From assembly GCA_051294375.1 (NCBI GenBank), contig CM119269.1, positions 7,421,446-7,485,445 on the forward strand: a stretch of 64,000 bases of DNA. The letters are read 5' to 3'. Source of the DNA: Paraspadella gotoi. Its lineage: Eukaryota; Animalia; Chaetognatha. This document shows, piece after piece, positions 1 through 13,580 of the stretch. The first letter of the stretch is position 1. The number at the start of each line of letters is the position of its first letter. The notes under the pieces were generated by a model. It was given only the letters and a program-made list of their open reading frames with translations. It searched no databases and had not been told where the DNA came from. A program made the position numbers and the translations under genes.

Positions 1-70
1 GAAATGCTATTCGATGACAATGATCATCAATTAAGAAATGCTATTCGATGACAATGATCATCAATTAAGA
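1..70. repeat. 34-bp exact tandem duplication
   Basis: gaaatgctattcgatgacaatgatcatcaattaa occurs twice back-to-back (1-34, 35-68). Confidence 0.9.
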
Positions 71-433
71 TAGTTTTACTTACGATTTTCATTCATGATG
101 AAATATAAAACTTTAACGTTTAACGCGATTTGATTCAAAGCGTTATTAAAAAAGACATAATAAATTAATTCAACTTTATTATAACTTGATCAACAGCTAG
201 AACACCTTAGTAGTGACAATTTTTTTAATGTATTTTTTATTCTTAAAATATCTAATATTGAAGAGACAGTAATTATTGTTGTGTTAGTGACAGAACCGTT
301 CAATATAAGCAGTACCTGAGCTTCGTTTCAATTATAAATTTGAAGAGCAAAAACAAAGTTTTGAAAACAAAGTTTTGTCAAAAAAAGGGTTCGTTATTTT
401 CCGTTTAATTTTGTTTTGTTTTTTTCTCGCCAG

Positions 434-2346
434 AACAAAGAAGACCAGCAACGCCTCTTTCGGCACAATTCCCAATGAAACGTCTGATGAGATTCGTGAG
501 AAAACAGAAGGCGAGAGCCTTCTTAGTAAGTACAAAGTAGAGCGTGGTAAGCCATTGTATATTAAGTGTAAATTTTTGTTTTTAGTTGCTCCGCGACTAC
601 TATAAGTAACTTTTCGGTCCGAGACAAGTCTTTATTTTATATGTATATTTCCATTTATTTATTAAACTTTATTCAGGTCTGCTATTCCGACCGACCGGAT
701 CCAAATCTGTCGGCGTTGTCGGTGACGGCGACTCCAACCACGCCGTCCACTCTGGCGGAGTCGTGGACAACGCCGTTTCGCCGACATCCTCGTCAACGTC
801 GTCATCGTCGGATCCTGTTCTCCGCCCTCGATCCTGCAGTCACAGTCTCGTACTTCGTTCGACGCCGGCCACGACGCCCCCAAAACGCGGCGCCACTTCC
901 GATTCCTTTCTTCTTCGTTGCGGCGATCTGCGTCCGCCCGGCGTCATTTTCGGATCGGCGTCGCCTCAAAAAAAGTCGGCGCCAATTATCGTCACGCGAG
1001 CGACGGTGGAGGGCGTTGATTCTCGCGGCGTCGAAGCTGTCGGCGCCATCTTGATCGACTCTGGCGTCGCGGCGACGACCGATGTTGAAAAGAAAGGTAA
1101 CTAACTACATTAGTCAAATTGAATGTATTTATTCTTTTACTTTTTATAAAAAAAATTATAGGCTTATTATTAGATTCATATTACAAATTCAATTTGTAAA
1201 AACTAATAACAAAAAATTATTAAAGAATAAAAATAAATGAAAAACTCATTTAAAAATATGAACATTTGACGTCTTTTGTTTTCGTCAGCGCCTTCTCTCC
1301 TCGAGGTTTTGCTGCTGAACTCGAATTCGAATCATTTGCAACCCACCTGCGATTCTTCGTCGACGGCGGCGGCGACGTCGTCAGCAGCGGCGGCGTCTGT
1401 AAATTCCTCTGCAGCGGCGTCACCGTCGTCGTCGGTTTTGCCTCCCTCCCTTCCCAGCGCCGCCGCTTACCCGATGCTGCCGCCGGCGCTGCATCCGTCG
1501 ACGCAGGACGACGCCGCCTCGCGTTTAGCAAAAATCAGAATGATCCAGCAAAAGTTGATGTCCGAACATTCCGTGCTGCAACAGCAACATCAAGAACAAC
1601 AGATTTCCCCGCAACGACCGAAGAATCAGCTCGTGCAGCTGTTAAAGCAGAGGAGTCCGGCAAAAAATATCGATGTCCCCTTTGGCGGAACGCAGCATCG
1701 CGCGCCGGCGCCGCAATCCGCGCCGCATTTCATTCCAGCCCCGCAACACTCGCCGACTACTCTTGCTATCCAGACTCCTTACCCTCTGACGCTGCACAAT
1801 CAGCAGCATCCTCGGGAATGGACGAAACGAACTCACGAAACTTCACATAGAACTTACACTCAACGTCAGCTTCATCAACAGCAAACTCCGCAGCAAGGTC
1901 AACTGTTACAACAGCATGAGCAGCTGCAGGAGCTTTCGATAAAGACCGAAGATGGGTTAGCTTTCGCTTTTGGATCCCCTGAATCTTTTCCGACGCTTTT
2001 AATACAGCAGCAACCACAAATACAAAATCACGGAAAAATACAGCAGCCCCAAACTAGTTTTGTGCAGCAACATCAACAATCGCAAAGTATGCAACACGCA
2101 ACGATTTTTTCCAATCGCGGAGTGCCTCACATGGACCCTCGCGCACTTATTCAACCTGCAGCTCCACCGACGTTAACCACCCTCGTCCCCAACCCCTCGT
2201 CGACTCTGCTGCAAACCGACTCTTCGACTGGGCGACACGTCCATCCCGACGCTGGCGAGTGTGGTCTCGAGTGCTTCATGGATGTCAGCGTCGACGATGT
2301 CATGGAGTTGGAAAAATCTTTTGAAGCCTCTGGTTATGGTCGATGA
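434..2346 (+). CDS. 3' part of a multi-exon gene for an S/P/Q-rich, probably disordered protein (exons 434-525, 677-1096, 1289-2346)
   Basis: GT-AG introns have consistent phases (A|GT, G|CG). The spliced frame reads ...EGESLLS-LLFRPTGSKS...DVEKK-APSLLEVLL...QQQHQEQQ...EASGYGR*. The exons are GC/CpG-rich against AT-rich introns. The 5' end is not identified. Confidence 0.75.
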
Positions 2347-2913
2347 AGAGTGGAATCTTTCCATTTGATGAGGAAATCTGAGCTTATAATTCAGCTTAAA
2401 CCTTTAGCTTTTGCATCTTGAAGGCAAATTGCTGCTTCGAGAAATTATCTGACAATCGCTCACATCACATCGATTCACAGGGAGACGATTCTTAAGCTCA
2501 TAAAAGACATAAAGTTGTGAGAGATTTCATTTTCACCACCTACGGTTTTGTAAAGTTTCATTTGCACATGGGAGATTTATTCGATATCTTTATCGTCATA
2601 AAGAGGTCTTTAAATATTTTTTTTTTTTAATATTTTTTTTTTTTTTTGTCCTTTTCGAAACCGGTGAAAACGGAAGGTGAAAATTTCAGGATTTCCAGAC
2701 TTTGCAACTTTCGCGGTCGTCACTTCACGGCCTTTTTTTCATTGCCTAATGTTACTAAATTATTACGAAATATTATTTGTTAATTATTATCAATGATCAA
2801 TGTTTGCGTTTAAATAGCAACTGCGCTCTTTTCACTGCCTCTTCCTTTTTCCGTAACTGAGCTGCAGAGTGCGAATACCGTATTCCCTTAAAATTTAAAA
2901 TATACTCAAATCA

Positions 2914-3180
2914 TTATTGTGATCGTGAATTCTGACCATTTTGGGCACCTATAGGAGGACGGTGAAAGCATCCTGGAACGATGCAATCCTGAATTATGCT
3001 ATACAACTCAACTTTTAAGGGGAAAAAAACTAATTCCATCCTGATTTTGTCATCATGAGTGTGAAAGAATTTACTCTCATGTTTTATGGTTTTATTTGAA
3101 TCTACATGCGAAGACCTGAACGAATACGTTTTCCCAGTCATTTTCTTTTTCACAAACATGTCGTCGCCCTCATCGCCCAC
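2914..3180 (-). pseudogene. possible degenerate ubiquitin-like domain
   Basis: MFVKKKMTGKTYSF...DSNKTIK resembles the ubiquitin N-terminus IFVKTLTGKT...DTIENVK. The rest is divergent or frameshifted. Confidence 0.3.
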
Positions 3181-3777
3181 AGTCTTCCGAGAAATTGTTT
3201 ATTTTTCTTCCTCACTGTCCACTTGTATAGAAGCTAGTGGTGAATAGTTATAAACGATGATTATGTTACTTAACTGACTCTTTGTTATAACGATTGGATT
3301 GAATCCCGAATTTACCCATGTATTTGTTTGTTTGAAAATTTGTCACCAACTTACTACATAGAAAAAAAAAATCTCAATTCAGTTCAATTGGAGAACCGTC
3401 GTTCGTTAATATTATATTATTTTTGATGAATTTATACTCAAAACGTTGTTCGATTTAATTGGTTTGAAAAAAGTGAATTGTCAATTTCATCGGAATTTGT
3501 GATGCTTATTAAATCCGTCAATGAAAGATGATGTCGATATAATTTACCTCATGTGTTTGTTTGAAGTAGAATTTATTTAACGGGATCTTTCGAGTAACAG
3601 CTATTTTAAGGCAAGTTTTGATCTCTTAATCTAATTCACATATTGTAGTAAGTCTTAGGTGAGATAATATCGATTAGTTTTATGGCACAATAACAAAAAC
3701 TAACCGAAAATAATATTTTTAACCGAACGCTTAATGGTGCTAGAATGAATACGACGAATTTCAAAAACGATACAAAG

Positions 3778-6154
3778 TAGACGAGAAATCCTCGCCTCTA
3801 AAAAAAAATTCAACATTTTTCTAATAGAGATTTCCGTTAAAATCTGACTACCCAAATTGCAAACGAGATTGCCAGAAATTCGGGTAAAAAACAGTTGTAA
3901 AAACACACGATTCCGATAGCGTTATATCTTAAGAGCTAGCCAAATTCGTCTTATGGCTTTGATAAAGGATTTAATATCAAACAAGCCAGGGGAAATGCAC
4001 TAGTCATCTCCGGAGAATTTTCAAACCTTGTTTTTACTATAAAATGAAAGGGAAATTTGTTTTTCAAAAATTGTAAACGGGGCTAGGGTATGTTAACATT
4101 ATAAATATTACTTCGAATTTGAGATTTAAAAAGCCTCTTGTCTCAAGAGCTTGCCAAATTTTTCTTTCATTATTGACCAAACTCTTCATAGTAAACCAAC
4201 ATTGTAAAGTCCATTGGTCTGGTTTGACAACATGAAATTTTTATTTAATAAGAAATTAAAAGGAAGGTTGAGAGAAAAAACTGATTTTTCCTGATATCTC
4301 TTGAAGGAACAAAGATACAGGGATGGCAATAGTACCAAAATGAAGCCATAATCATTAGGCACATACAAGTTACAATATTAGAATTATTTTTGCTGAAACC
4401 TCTTTACAGGGTGAGTGTCAAACTAAGTCAAAATTATAATATTTAAAACTAATGAAACCCCATAAAAATAAATGAAAATTAAATTCTTTTTAGTGATTCT
4501 GAAAGAAAAAAGGCTAAATTGTACTATAGTAAAACTTTAAAGTTTTTTGGATAAAGAAAATTAATTTTTTTTCACTTAAATATTTGCTTCACTGATATTA
4601 CAAGCATGCTTACAAAATTCTACAAAATATTATTCACCCCATCACAGCCTAACTATTTATCTTTCTTTTCCACCAGCAAAAAGTAAACATTATTTTATGT
4701 TAGAGAACAGGGATGTTTACTGAAATGAGCTGGAAGACGTTCAACTACTTCACTTTTAATGTCATTTTTCAATAATAAAATAGGCGAATCTTTTAATTAT
4801 TTAACTCTCACAGGCTTCACAAGACATTTTACTTTCATAATATCCCAATGTTAATGTTATTCATTATATTTTTTTACGCAGAAATCATAAAATAACAGAA
4901 AGTTATGGATTCCCTTCGCTCGTTTAAGAAAAAAAAATTAACTAGCGGAATTATAAGTTTGTAAGAGGAAGTCAGAATCGGCGAAAAATCTTAAAAGGCG
5001 AGAATGTTGAAAAAAAGGGGTGGGAATTTTGATGGGTTTCCTAAGATTTCTCCACAATGTGAGGTCCGATTAAAGCGAAACTTGAGATTTACAATATTCC
5101 CGTTATTCCACATCTATCGATATAAAAATATAAGAAAAAGTCACTGGCTTCTTTTTCTATAGCGGCTTCCTATACAAAGTTTAATTACTCAAATTTTTCA
5201 ATACAGGGACTTCAATCTGGACCGATATGAAAAGACTTGATTAAACTCGTAATTATTTTTATAACATTTATTAGATAGAAAATTAATTATCATTTATGTT
5301 AACCTAAAAATATGTTCAAATTTATTAATTTACCCTCCCAGGAAAATTTTTATAACTTAGCAACTATCCTAACTAGAATGTTACAAATTGGTAGGTAAAA
5401 AAAGGCAAGTATTTTTTATCAGTATGAAAAAATTTTTTTTTCCTTATTGCTTTTCATTTCGATTATATTACAAGTTTTTTCGTATCACTCCACATTGAAG
5501 TCCCTGTACCTGCAGAATCGTATTAACCAACATTATCTTTTGGCATTAAACGAGCCATTAAAGATAAACATTTCCATAAAGAAATTAGATGTAGTTTCAA
5601 ATTTAATGGATTTTGGTCTTTTCTTGCCACGAGGAAAATAAATCAAAATCCTTCATTTATTTAATTTATTAAGAAAATCGAAATATTTTGAAATCTTCCG
5701 CCTTCATCAAAGGCGCAAACTTAGGACTAAGCTCTGACGAACAAAGCCCGAGGTTTTTTTAATATATTCTTATACCGGCCAAGGTAGAATGATGGCAATA
5801 TTATTAATATTAAGTTTCAAAAAAATCCTACCATAAATATAGAAAATATTAACCAAAATCTTCGGAAAATCGACCCCTTATTTGGAAGATTTTCGCCATA
5901 GAAGATTTTTCCCGAATCTGACTCCTGGTTGAAAACTCTTAGAATTCGACAAATGCCATAAGACGAATTTGGCGAGCTCTTAAGATATAACGCTATCGGA
6001 ATCGTGTGTTTTTACAACTGTTTTTTACCCGAATTTCTGGCAATCTCATTTGCAATATGGGTAGTCAGATTTTAACGGAAATCTCTATTAGAAAAATNNN
6101 NNNNNNNNNNNNNNNNNNNNNNGTTGAATTTTTTTTAAGCGAGATTCTCGTCTA
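3778..6154. repeat. ~180-bp inverted repeat pair (3778-3957 and 5956-6154); dispersed repeat copies or TIRs of a non-autonomous element
   Basis: acgag...ttcaacatttttctaatagagatttccgttaaaatctgactaccc...caaattcgtcttatggc is reverse-complemented at 5956-6154. Another copy lies at ~24150-24322. Confidence 0.75.
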
Positions 6155-7025
6155 AATCTCGTCGATATTTTTTCGGTTTTAAATTTTGCAACTTGAAAAA
6201 ATCAGATTAGTGTGAAAAAGTGTTAAATTGTGGATAAAAAAAATTAAAATCGTGCCATTACCCAACCACTTAATCAATTTTCTTCAAAAATTTCAATAAA
6301 TTTTGCGATAAAATGTTTCTGTATTTTCATGTTAAAACTTTGAAAAAATATTTTGTCAAAATAAAGATATTAATTAAACAATAAATGAAAATATGAGACA
6401 AATCTACTAAACAATGGAATATTACCAGAGTCTAGAAAACATATATAGATTCTTAACATAATAGGGAAGAAGGATACACCAATTTTATACTCAAGAGATC
6501 AATTTAATCTGATGATACACAAGTAAAATAACTTTTGTAAAAAATATTATCGATGTATTATTGCCGGGACATCAGGGGACTCATTTTCAAGTTTAAAAGA
6601 TGTGATAAAGGTTAAGCAAAGGCTTTAGCATCATATGTTTACCTTTAGGGTTTTACCCCGAAATTTGTTTTCTTGATACTGTGGTACAAACAAATGTAAA
6701 CTTTCAAAATAATACTAGATAATTGTAATTTAAAATTATATTTTTTGCATAACAGTTAGAATTATGTTTTGTGCATTTTGTTTTCCAAAGATCAAGTCTT
6801 ATCTTTCAATATGCCTTTATACAGTAATTTTTTTTAAAATGCCTTCTTTTTTGTTTCGAATTCCCTATGTTTTTTCGGGAAATAGAAAAATAAAAAACTC
6901 ACCAAACACTTCCGGTCCCTATCTTTTGCTCTCTTATCTTTTCTCTTTATATTCTATCTAATTATAGTATTTTTATAACTTATACTCATTAGAATTCTAT
7001 ATTTTCTTGCTTTCGATTATTTAAT

Positions 7026-7272
7026 TACTTCTTATGCACGGCCCGGATCGCGCCTAATCCGAATCGCCGATCAAAATGAGTAAAATAAGCGAAAGTTGAT
7101 CGGTTTGAAGTTGCGTTTTTCGGCGATCGCTTTTTTGTTCATAACTTTTGAACGGATTATCCGATTTTGAAGCAATTTTGCAGGAAGATAATATTTCAAA
7201 ATTTTCCTATTCGATTGGTGCCCAATTCATTGAGAAATACTTCATGGTTTAAGAAAACGATGCACATCCCCA
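7026..7272 (-). mobile_element. non-autonomous Helitron/Helentron-like repeat (other copies 15528-15663, 23052-23289, 30885-31182)
   Basis: Shared block gggatgtgcatcgtttctaaac...aaaatcggataatccgttcaaaagttat...gcgcgatccgggcc...aagaagta. The aaaatcgg...ttcaaaagttat core is common in invertebrate Helitron-derived repeats. The class is inferred. Confidence 0.45.
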
Positions 7273-7437
7273 CTTTATCGTGTTGTTTTAATTGTCATTT
7301 ATTGATCTGTTTTACTTTACAGTGAAATGAGTGGCCGTGTTGTTGTCGATAAATGATAAGTGTCAGAATACTTAGAAATACAAGGTTCTAAGGCAAGCGT
7401 CTCCTCATGGCATTTGTGTGCTTCTGTCTTCTCTCAG

Positions 7438-7616
7438 ATCCATACATTATAAGACTGTTGCTTCTGTCGACGCGCCGCCCGAACAGACCCATTGGAGGAC
7501 GTCGTTGGAGACCCGATGCAACCCCGCTCTGAATGATGTGAGCCACTTCGCCCACTGGCGAATCTCCTAAATCCGCCTCCAAACCAATGACAACAATTAA
7601 TGACGATAACAATGAC
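7438..7616 (+). pseudogene. orphan exon resembling protein-kinase subdomain XI (copies ~15999-16091 + partial, ~22715-22893 -)
   Basis: After a ctctcag acceptor the frameshift-corrected reading is IRLLL.STAPPNRPSLEDVVGDP.MQPAL, matching the L..LL...P..RPS...v..dP pattern. No other exons of such a kinase were found. Confidence 0.35.
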
Positions 7617-7933
7617 TTACTGATTGATTTATGTTGAATAAATGATTAATGATAATAAATTTTTGATGTGAAAAATTAATTAATAGATAAATAAATTGAT
7701 TACTTGAATAATTAAAATTTATACCGCTAATTGATCATAGTCAGATCCGACATTGTTGTTTCAAACTTGTTATCTTATGTATAAAGCTTATCACAAGATT
7801 TTACTGAGGTGGTAAAAATTACTTTCCGTCAAAAAGTAATTTAATCCCAAAAAAATGAGAAATTGTCGTGGGCAGATCAAAAAACTAGCATATTCTAAAT
7901 TATGAAAGTCAGTAATTTCATTTTGTAATTAAA

Positions 7934-9567
7934 CTTAAAAACAGTTCGTTGTCTACAACTTTGAGAAACTTCATTTTAGGTCTTGCACCTCGGCCCAATT
8001 AGTTTTACATAAATAAACAATATAATAGCCGCAGATCAAAAAGAATTTACTTAAAAAACTCCGGGTTAATCTGATTCTAGTTTAATTTTTCATCTTTGAA
8101 TATGGACTTTAGAACGAAATATTAGAAAAAATAAAATAAAAATATCCAAAAAAAACATAAACTGTGGCTGAAAAACACTTTTTTTAAAACAAGTTGAAGT
8201 AGTAAAAAGTGTTATAGAAAAATTGCAAAAAAGAAACACACAGAAGAAAAAAAAATTTGTTTCCTAAATATAGAATAGTCAAAAGACTTTCCTTTATTTC
8301 TTTTGCATTATTATGATTAGAGAAGAATTGCATAAATGAAAAAATTTTGTCTTTTTAAGTTTCTTGTCTCACACAGCCATTAAATTTTAATTATAAAAAT
8401 ATGGTACGTGATGTGAGCACTTACCATGAACAAAAATAAAATATCTCTTGATTCTTTTGCATTGTTTCAAAAAAATAATGCTTAATAGTTCTTAATAACA
8501 AAACTGCAAAAACAGTATAAAATAAATTAGAGAGGATCTTTTTAAATAAGTAAAAAAATGATCCTAATTTACAGTCATCCACAGTTTCACCGTTAATTAG
8601 TTGCGGCAATCCAACTTTTGAGCAGAAGTATAACATGTTTTTCTCACATTTTTTTTCATAATGATTCATAGAAATTAAATTTATTCATCATCATTAGAAA
8701 AGAAAAATATATAGGCCAAACAAAAAAATTTTATTTTTAGATGGTTTTTTTTTGCCCTTTTTCCTTTGTGTTTATCGCATACAATGAATGCACTGTTATT
8801 AACAATTATCGAATGCCTCATTTTTTATTTGCAATAGAAGAAAAAATGTAAGATTAAAAAATTATGGTTCTAGTCATAGTTTTCAAAGAAACCATGTATC
8901 TGTGATATTTCTTTCGACTCAGTAAGACAATAATATGCTTTATATTGGACTTTGAAAAACATGTATTCTGGAACTAAACAAAAAGTTATATCTTACTCTC
9001 TTAAGAGAAATTTTCCAACCCAGGCACATACCACTGTCTGTCTATTGTAAAGTCCAAAATATTGATCTGCTATCACCATCAATTTCTGTTATAGATATAC
9101 TCAAACTGATGGGTCCAGGTATTTTACAAACATCGATAATATAAAGTAGAAAACATGGCATCAATACATTTGAAATTCCAATTGATTTTAGTTTAGTATT
9201 GTTTTCTTTGATCCAAACCCAAAGTTAATTATAGTTTTCATAAGTAGTTCAATTTCTTTGAAGTAAAACTCTAAATTACCATTCAAAGGTTGCTAGAAAA
9301 CCAAAGATAAATGAAACATTTGATGCTGAACGAAAAAAATGAATAGAAAAGAAATGCAGAGACCAACAACTATCCTTGAAATGTTTCCATGATATTCATG
9401 TAGATAATTTTATTGATTGAGCTTTTGAAAGTTAATATGCTCAATTCTGTATTGCGAGCCACCTTAGATAAAGATACTGCAGATTAACATTTGTGATATC
9501 AATAAAAAAAACTTGGTTGAACTCCCATGACACAGATTATCCGACTGTGTCCAAGATACCGAATCAC
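7934..9567 (-). CDS. 7TM class C GPCR-like gene, copy 1 (heavily frameshifted)
   Basis: Reverse complement of 20846-22404. Includes ORF 8421-8669 (NHYEKKCEK...DDCKLGSFFYLFKKILSNLFY). Confidence 0.45.
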
Positions 9568-10987
9568 CTAGCAATAAAAAAATACGCCCTTTTTTTACTG
9601 CTTTTACTTTTTTAAAATATTTTTATCACATTTATTTTGGTTTTCTGGCTTAGATTCTATCCTAAAATTCAAGAAATATCAAAATAAAAATGACAAAGGT
9701 AGAACTTTTAATTACCAACCTAACAAAATTTAAATATCTAGAAAAATTATTTATATAATTTATTTAATATTAAAAAACAATAACAAAGCTTTCAATTTTT
9801 TTATAAGGTTCTGTGATGGGTTTAAGCAGAGATGTGGAGCGATCATTTTTCCGCCGCTGCAATCCGGCGCTTCCAAGACCCCTCCCGCTCCGTTTTCGGG
9901 TGCAATCCTTACTTTTTTAGCCCGGATTGCTTTCCGGTTTCGAGTGCACATCGCTTCCTTTCTTAAAATTTTTACATTTGTTATTATTTAATAAAAAATA
10001 CTCTTTTTAGACATGTAATTCATTGCGAAAAATAATTTTAAAACAATTTTTTGGAACCAAATAACAAGTGAAATTTTTACTATAAAAAATTTGTTAAGAT
10101 TTGTTAAGATTGTAAGAATCGTTCGAGTGGAAATGAGTTTAAATTGAAAAAAAAAACCTTTTTCCCTATTTTCTTTTTCTTTTTTTATTAAATATAATAC
10201 AAGCTGCATTAATTATTCAATTAATCAATTAATTAATCAATCAATTAACTAAACAACTAATCAATCAAAATCACTAATAAAAATTAATGAATCAATTTTT
10301 TTATCAATCAATTAAATATTCAATTTAATTATTAATCAATTAATTAATTAATCAATTAATTAATCAATCAATAAACAATGTCATCTCCAACATCGTTTGT
10401 GCTTTTGTCCTTGGGTCAGTGACCTGACCAAAAAGACCTAAAAATTAACAGGCCTGATATGAATTTATTTTATTTTGTCAATCCAATCATTCAATTAATT
10501 CATAATGTGCTATCCTTGTTGTTCATCTAAACATCATCAGGGTAGTTTCATTTCTTTGTCATAATGAAAAGACAAAAAAACAAACAAGTTTTGAGCTAAA
10601 CAATGCAGAACTGATCAGTTAATTAATTATCAATCAATTAATCAAAATAATTCAATCAATCCAATTTAAAAAATTAAGCAATAATTCAAGTCAGTCGTCG
10701 GTATTATCATTGTTGTTGCCATCATTTTTATTTAATTAATTTAAACTCCTTTTTATCTTTGTTGTACATTGCCCAAAAATGTATTCTGTTATTATTTATT
10801 TATCCCTGTTGTTGTTTCTCTCTCTCTTCTCTCACTCTCTCTCTTTAACAAGTTTCTCACTTGCTTTTTTCACACTCACTCAATCTGCCTTACCTCAACC
10901 TGTCCTCACATCTGACCACTATTCTGTCTAACACTTTGTTGAAAAAACTTTTACCCTCTCTTTCTCTTCTCTTATTGAATTCATATG

Positions 10988-11023
10988 CTGATGAAGGCTT
11001 GAAGTAAACAAGCCGAACATGTC
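10988..11023 (+). ncRNA. minimal hammerhead ribozyme motif (Penelope-associated)
   Basis: CTGATGA-A-GGCTTG-aagtaaa-CAAGCC-GAA(A)C-ATGTC. The missing A is present in the mirror copy at 19424-19461. Confidence 0.75.
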
Positions 11024-11689
11024 CAACATTAATTAAAAAATCGTTGTTAACAAATTCAAATCTTTGCTTTCTCTAAATTTATTAATTGAAATATTTGTAT
11101 AATGGGGGGGGGGGGGGGCTTGCTGTGACTCAAAACAAAAATTTATAAAAAATTTTAAGCGTGCTTTTTTGTGATAAAGAAAACCTGGTATTCAAAACAG
11201 TAAAAAGTAAAATGATTAAAAATAATAACAACAACAACTAGTATTTACATTGGCTGAGAAAAAAGGTCATCCATAACAAGGATTGGGTAAAAACAGGTCA
11301 TTCTTATTGATCACCATACTGTACTACGGCTCACCAAAGTACAAAGGACCCCCCCCCCTCGTTGTCGTTTTCGTATTGTGTCATCGTCGTTGTTCGTCTT
11401 TGTTCAAATCATTTGAGAAAAAACTGTCCTTATACATACAACCTTGTTTTGCGAAGCTATATTATCACCCTACATATCTCTGACTCTTGATTTATTCTAT
11501 CATGCTATGATCTCACATATACTATCTCATTGCTCTCATGTACACTCGCACTCCTCTTCTTATCCTAGGTACACTGCTCTCTCAAGTGGTTACATGATGT
11601 AAAAAGTTGACTAAGTTCACTCAAATACTCGACTATGGCTGATCATGTGATCTAATCAGCTGGTCTAATTTTTACTCTTAAAGCCGAAC

Positions 11690-12925
11690 TTAACACATAT
11701 GTGGGTCCACGTATAAGAGAGAAGAGGAAGAGAAGAATATGCTGAGAAGACCAGAAGAGAACAGAGAAGATGAGATAAAGCTTCCAAAAGGTTGAGAAAG
11801 GACAGTGGTCAGATTGAGGACAGGTAAAGGAAGGAGAGAGAAGAAAGGAAAGTGGTTGAAATGTGAATAGTGCTGAAAATTTGAAGAGACAGAGAGAGAG
11901 AAAATATTTACCATTTTTGTAATGTACAACAAAGATAAAGAATTAAATAATTCAATAACAATAAATAAATTATACTTAATGCTTTAAACTAGTAGATTTA
12001 ACTGAGGAATATTTTTAACTAGTTGTAATTAAGATTGAAATTAAAGAGAAAGAGAAAAGGAGATGTGTAGTTAGGGATAGCCTTAATGTAAGAATTAGAG
12101 AAAATAAAGTGCTCAAAATGAAGCTGCCCCCCCCCCCCGGCCTTGGCAAGCGGACGTTGATGATTATTGATTCGGGTCATTGACTTGTCATGGGCTGAGA
12201 GGTATCGTCATGGTCGAGATTTCCAGGACTTGGTAACGAGCCGCCTGGAAATGCCAATGCCACTCTGCATATTCCTCTGGCCTGATCAGCCTGGCCGAAA
12301 GTCCCTCTCTCGCCTGACGCAAGGCGGGCAAGATGCCTGTTCTGGGCCTGCTTTGCTGCAGTGATACAGGACTCCTCTTCCTCCTCCTGCAGCGTCCGTT
12401 TTGGGCCGACCGCCTCAGTGTGAGAAGAGTCACCACAAGGTGTGCAGGTTTGGGAAGGTTATCGTGCGTCCATTGCCTGCTGGAGGCCTCGTCTGACCCG
12501 TTGAGTGGGGACAGCGGGAATCACCGTGCGGTTGGGGTGCTTGGGCGTTCCACCTCCATTTTAATTAGCGAATCATATCTTGGAGGGAGGTCGAATCGTC
12601 CTCCATCACGATTCAGAGAGGGCTCGAGGGCTTTGATGTTAAATCGCCTCTCTAATACCTCTAGTGAACCAGTTTGGTCATGGGACAGCACGAGCACAGT
12701 CAGTTTCTCTGAATCAGATGGCGGGAGGTTGCTGTGTGCTCAGCAATAGCCGATAAGTAATGACCACGTGGGTCCACTATGGCTTTGTGTGCTGTTGACA
12801 TATGGACAGAGACTTTCCTGTTCTCGCCCACGTTATGCTGCTTGTGCAGGGTTGGTTGCCCTTCCCTGCCACAGCGCCCAATAGACGGGCTCCTGAAGTG
12901 TTCGGGTCTGGGAATTTTATCTTGA
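11690..12925 (-). mobile_element. Penelope-like element fragment (mirror copy of 17711-19035)
   Basis: Reverse complement of the GIY-YIG-coding fragment. Confidence 0.85.
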
Positions 12926-13580
12926 TTGTTATTATTTTAAATTAATTTAATATTGTAAACTTTAAATAATTATTTTTATTTCAATTAATTTAATCAATAA
13001 ATTACCGCTAATGATCGTGCGGCAGATCGGCATTGTGTTGCTCAAACTGTTATTTAATAATTTTGCATTTATTTATTTTATATAATTTTTTTTATTGCTT
13101 TTTTGTTCAGTCAAGAGAGGAAAAGAAAGAAGATTAGAGGAAGAGAGTGTGTGTGAGATTTAAGTACTGTATAAGTCATAATATTATGCAATATTGCCAA
13201 TTAAAACGATCAATCCTTTTGTTTAAAACTTGTTTGTAACATGAAAAACGTTATGATTTAAAAAAAGAGACTTAAATTTAAAGAAAAATAATAAAAATAT
13301 AAGAATTTAAAATTTTAATATAGAATTAAAAAAGTTTAATTAAAATTTTAATTTAACTTAATTACAGTTTTTGTTCAGATAGAAAAAATCTTTTTTTAAG
13401 CCTCAGATTTTATTTAAATATATTTAAAAAGAATAATTAAAAAAAATAAATATTGTAATTTTTTGATAAGATCTCGACCAAAGAGGAAAAAAAGAATAAA
13501 AGAAAAAAAATAAAAGGGAGAGAATAAGAAAAAATTGAAAAAAAAAATTAGGAGCAAACCAATTTTAAATGTTGAAAATA

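Noticed and set aside
11420-11690. Unique insertion in the left arm of the duplication
   Set aside because: Parts still align loosely to the reverse complement of ~18910-19050, so it looks like a very noisy read segment.
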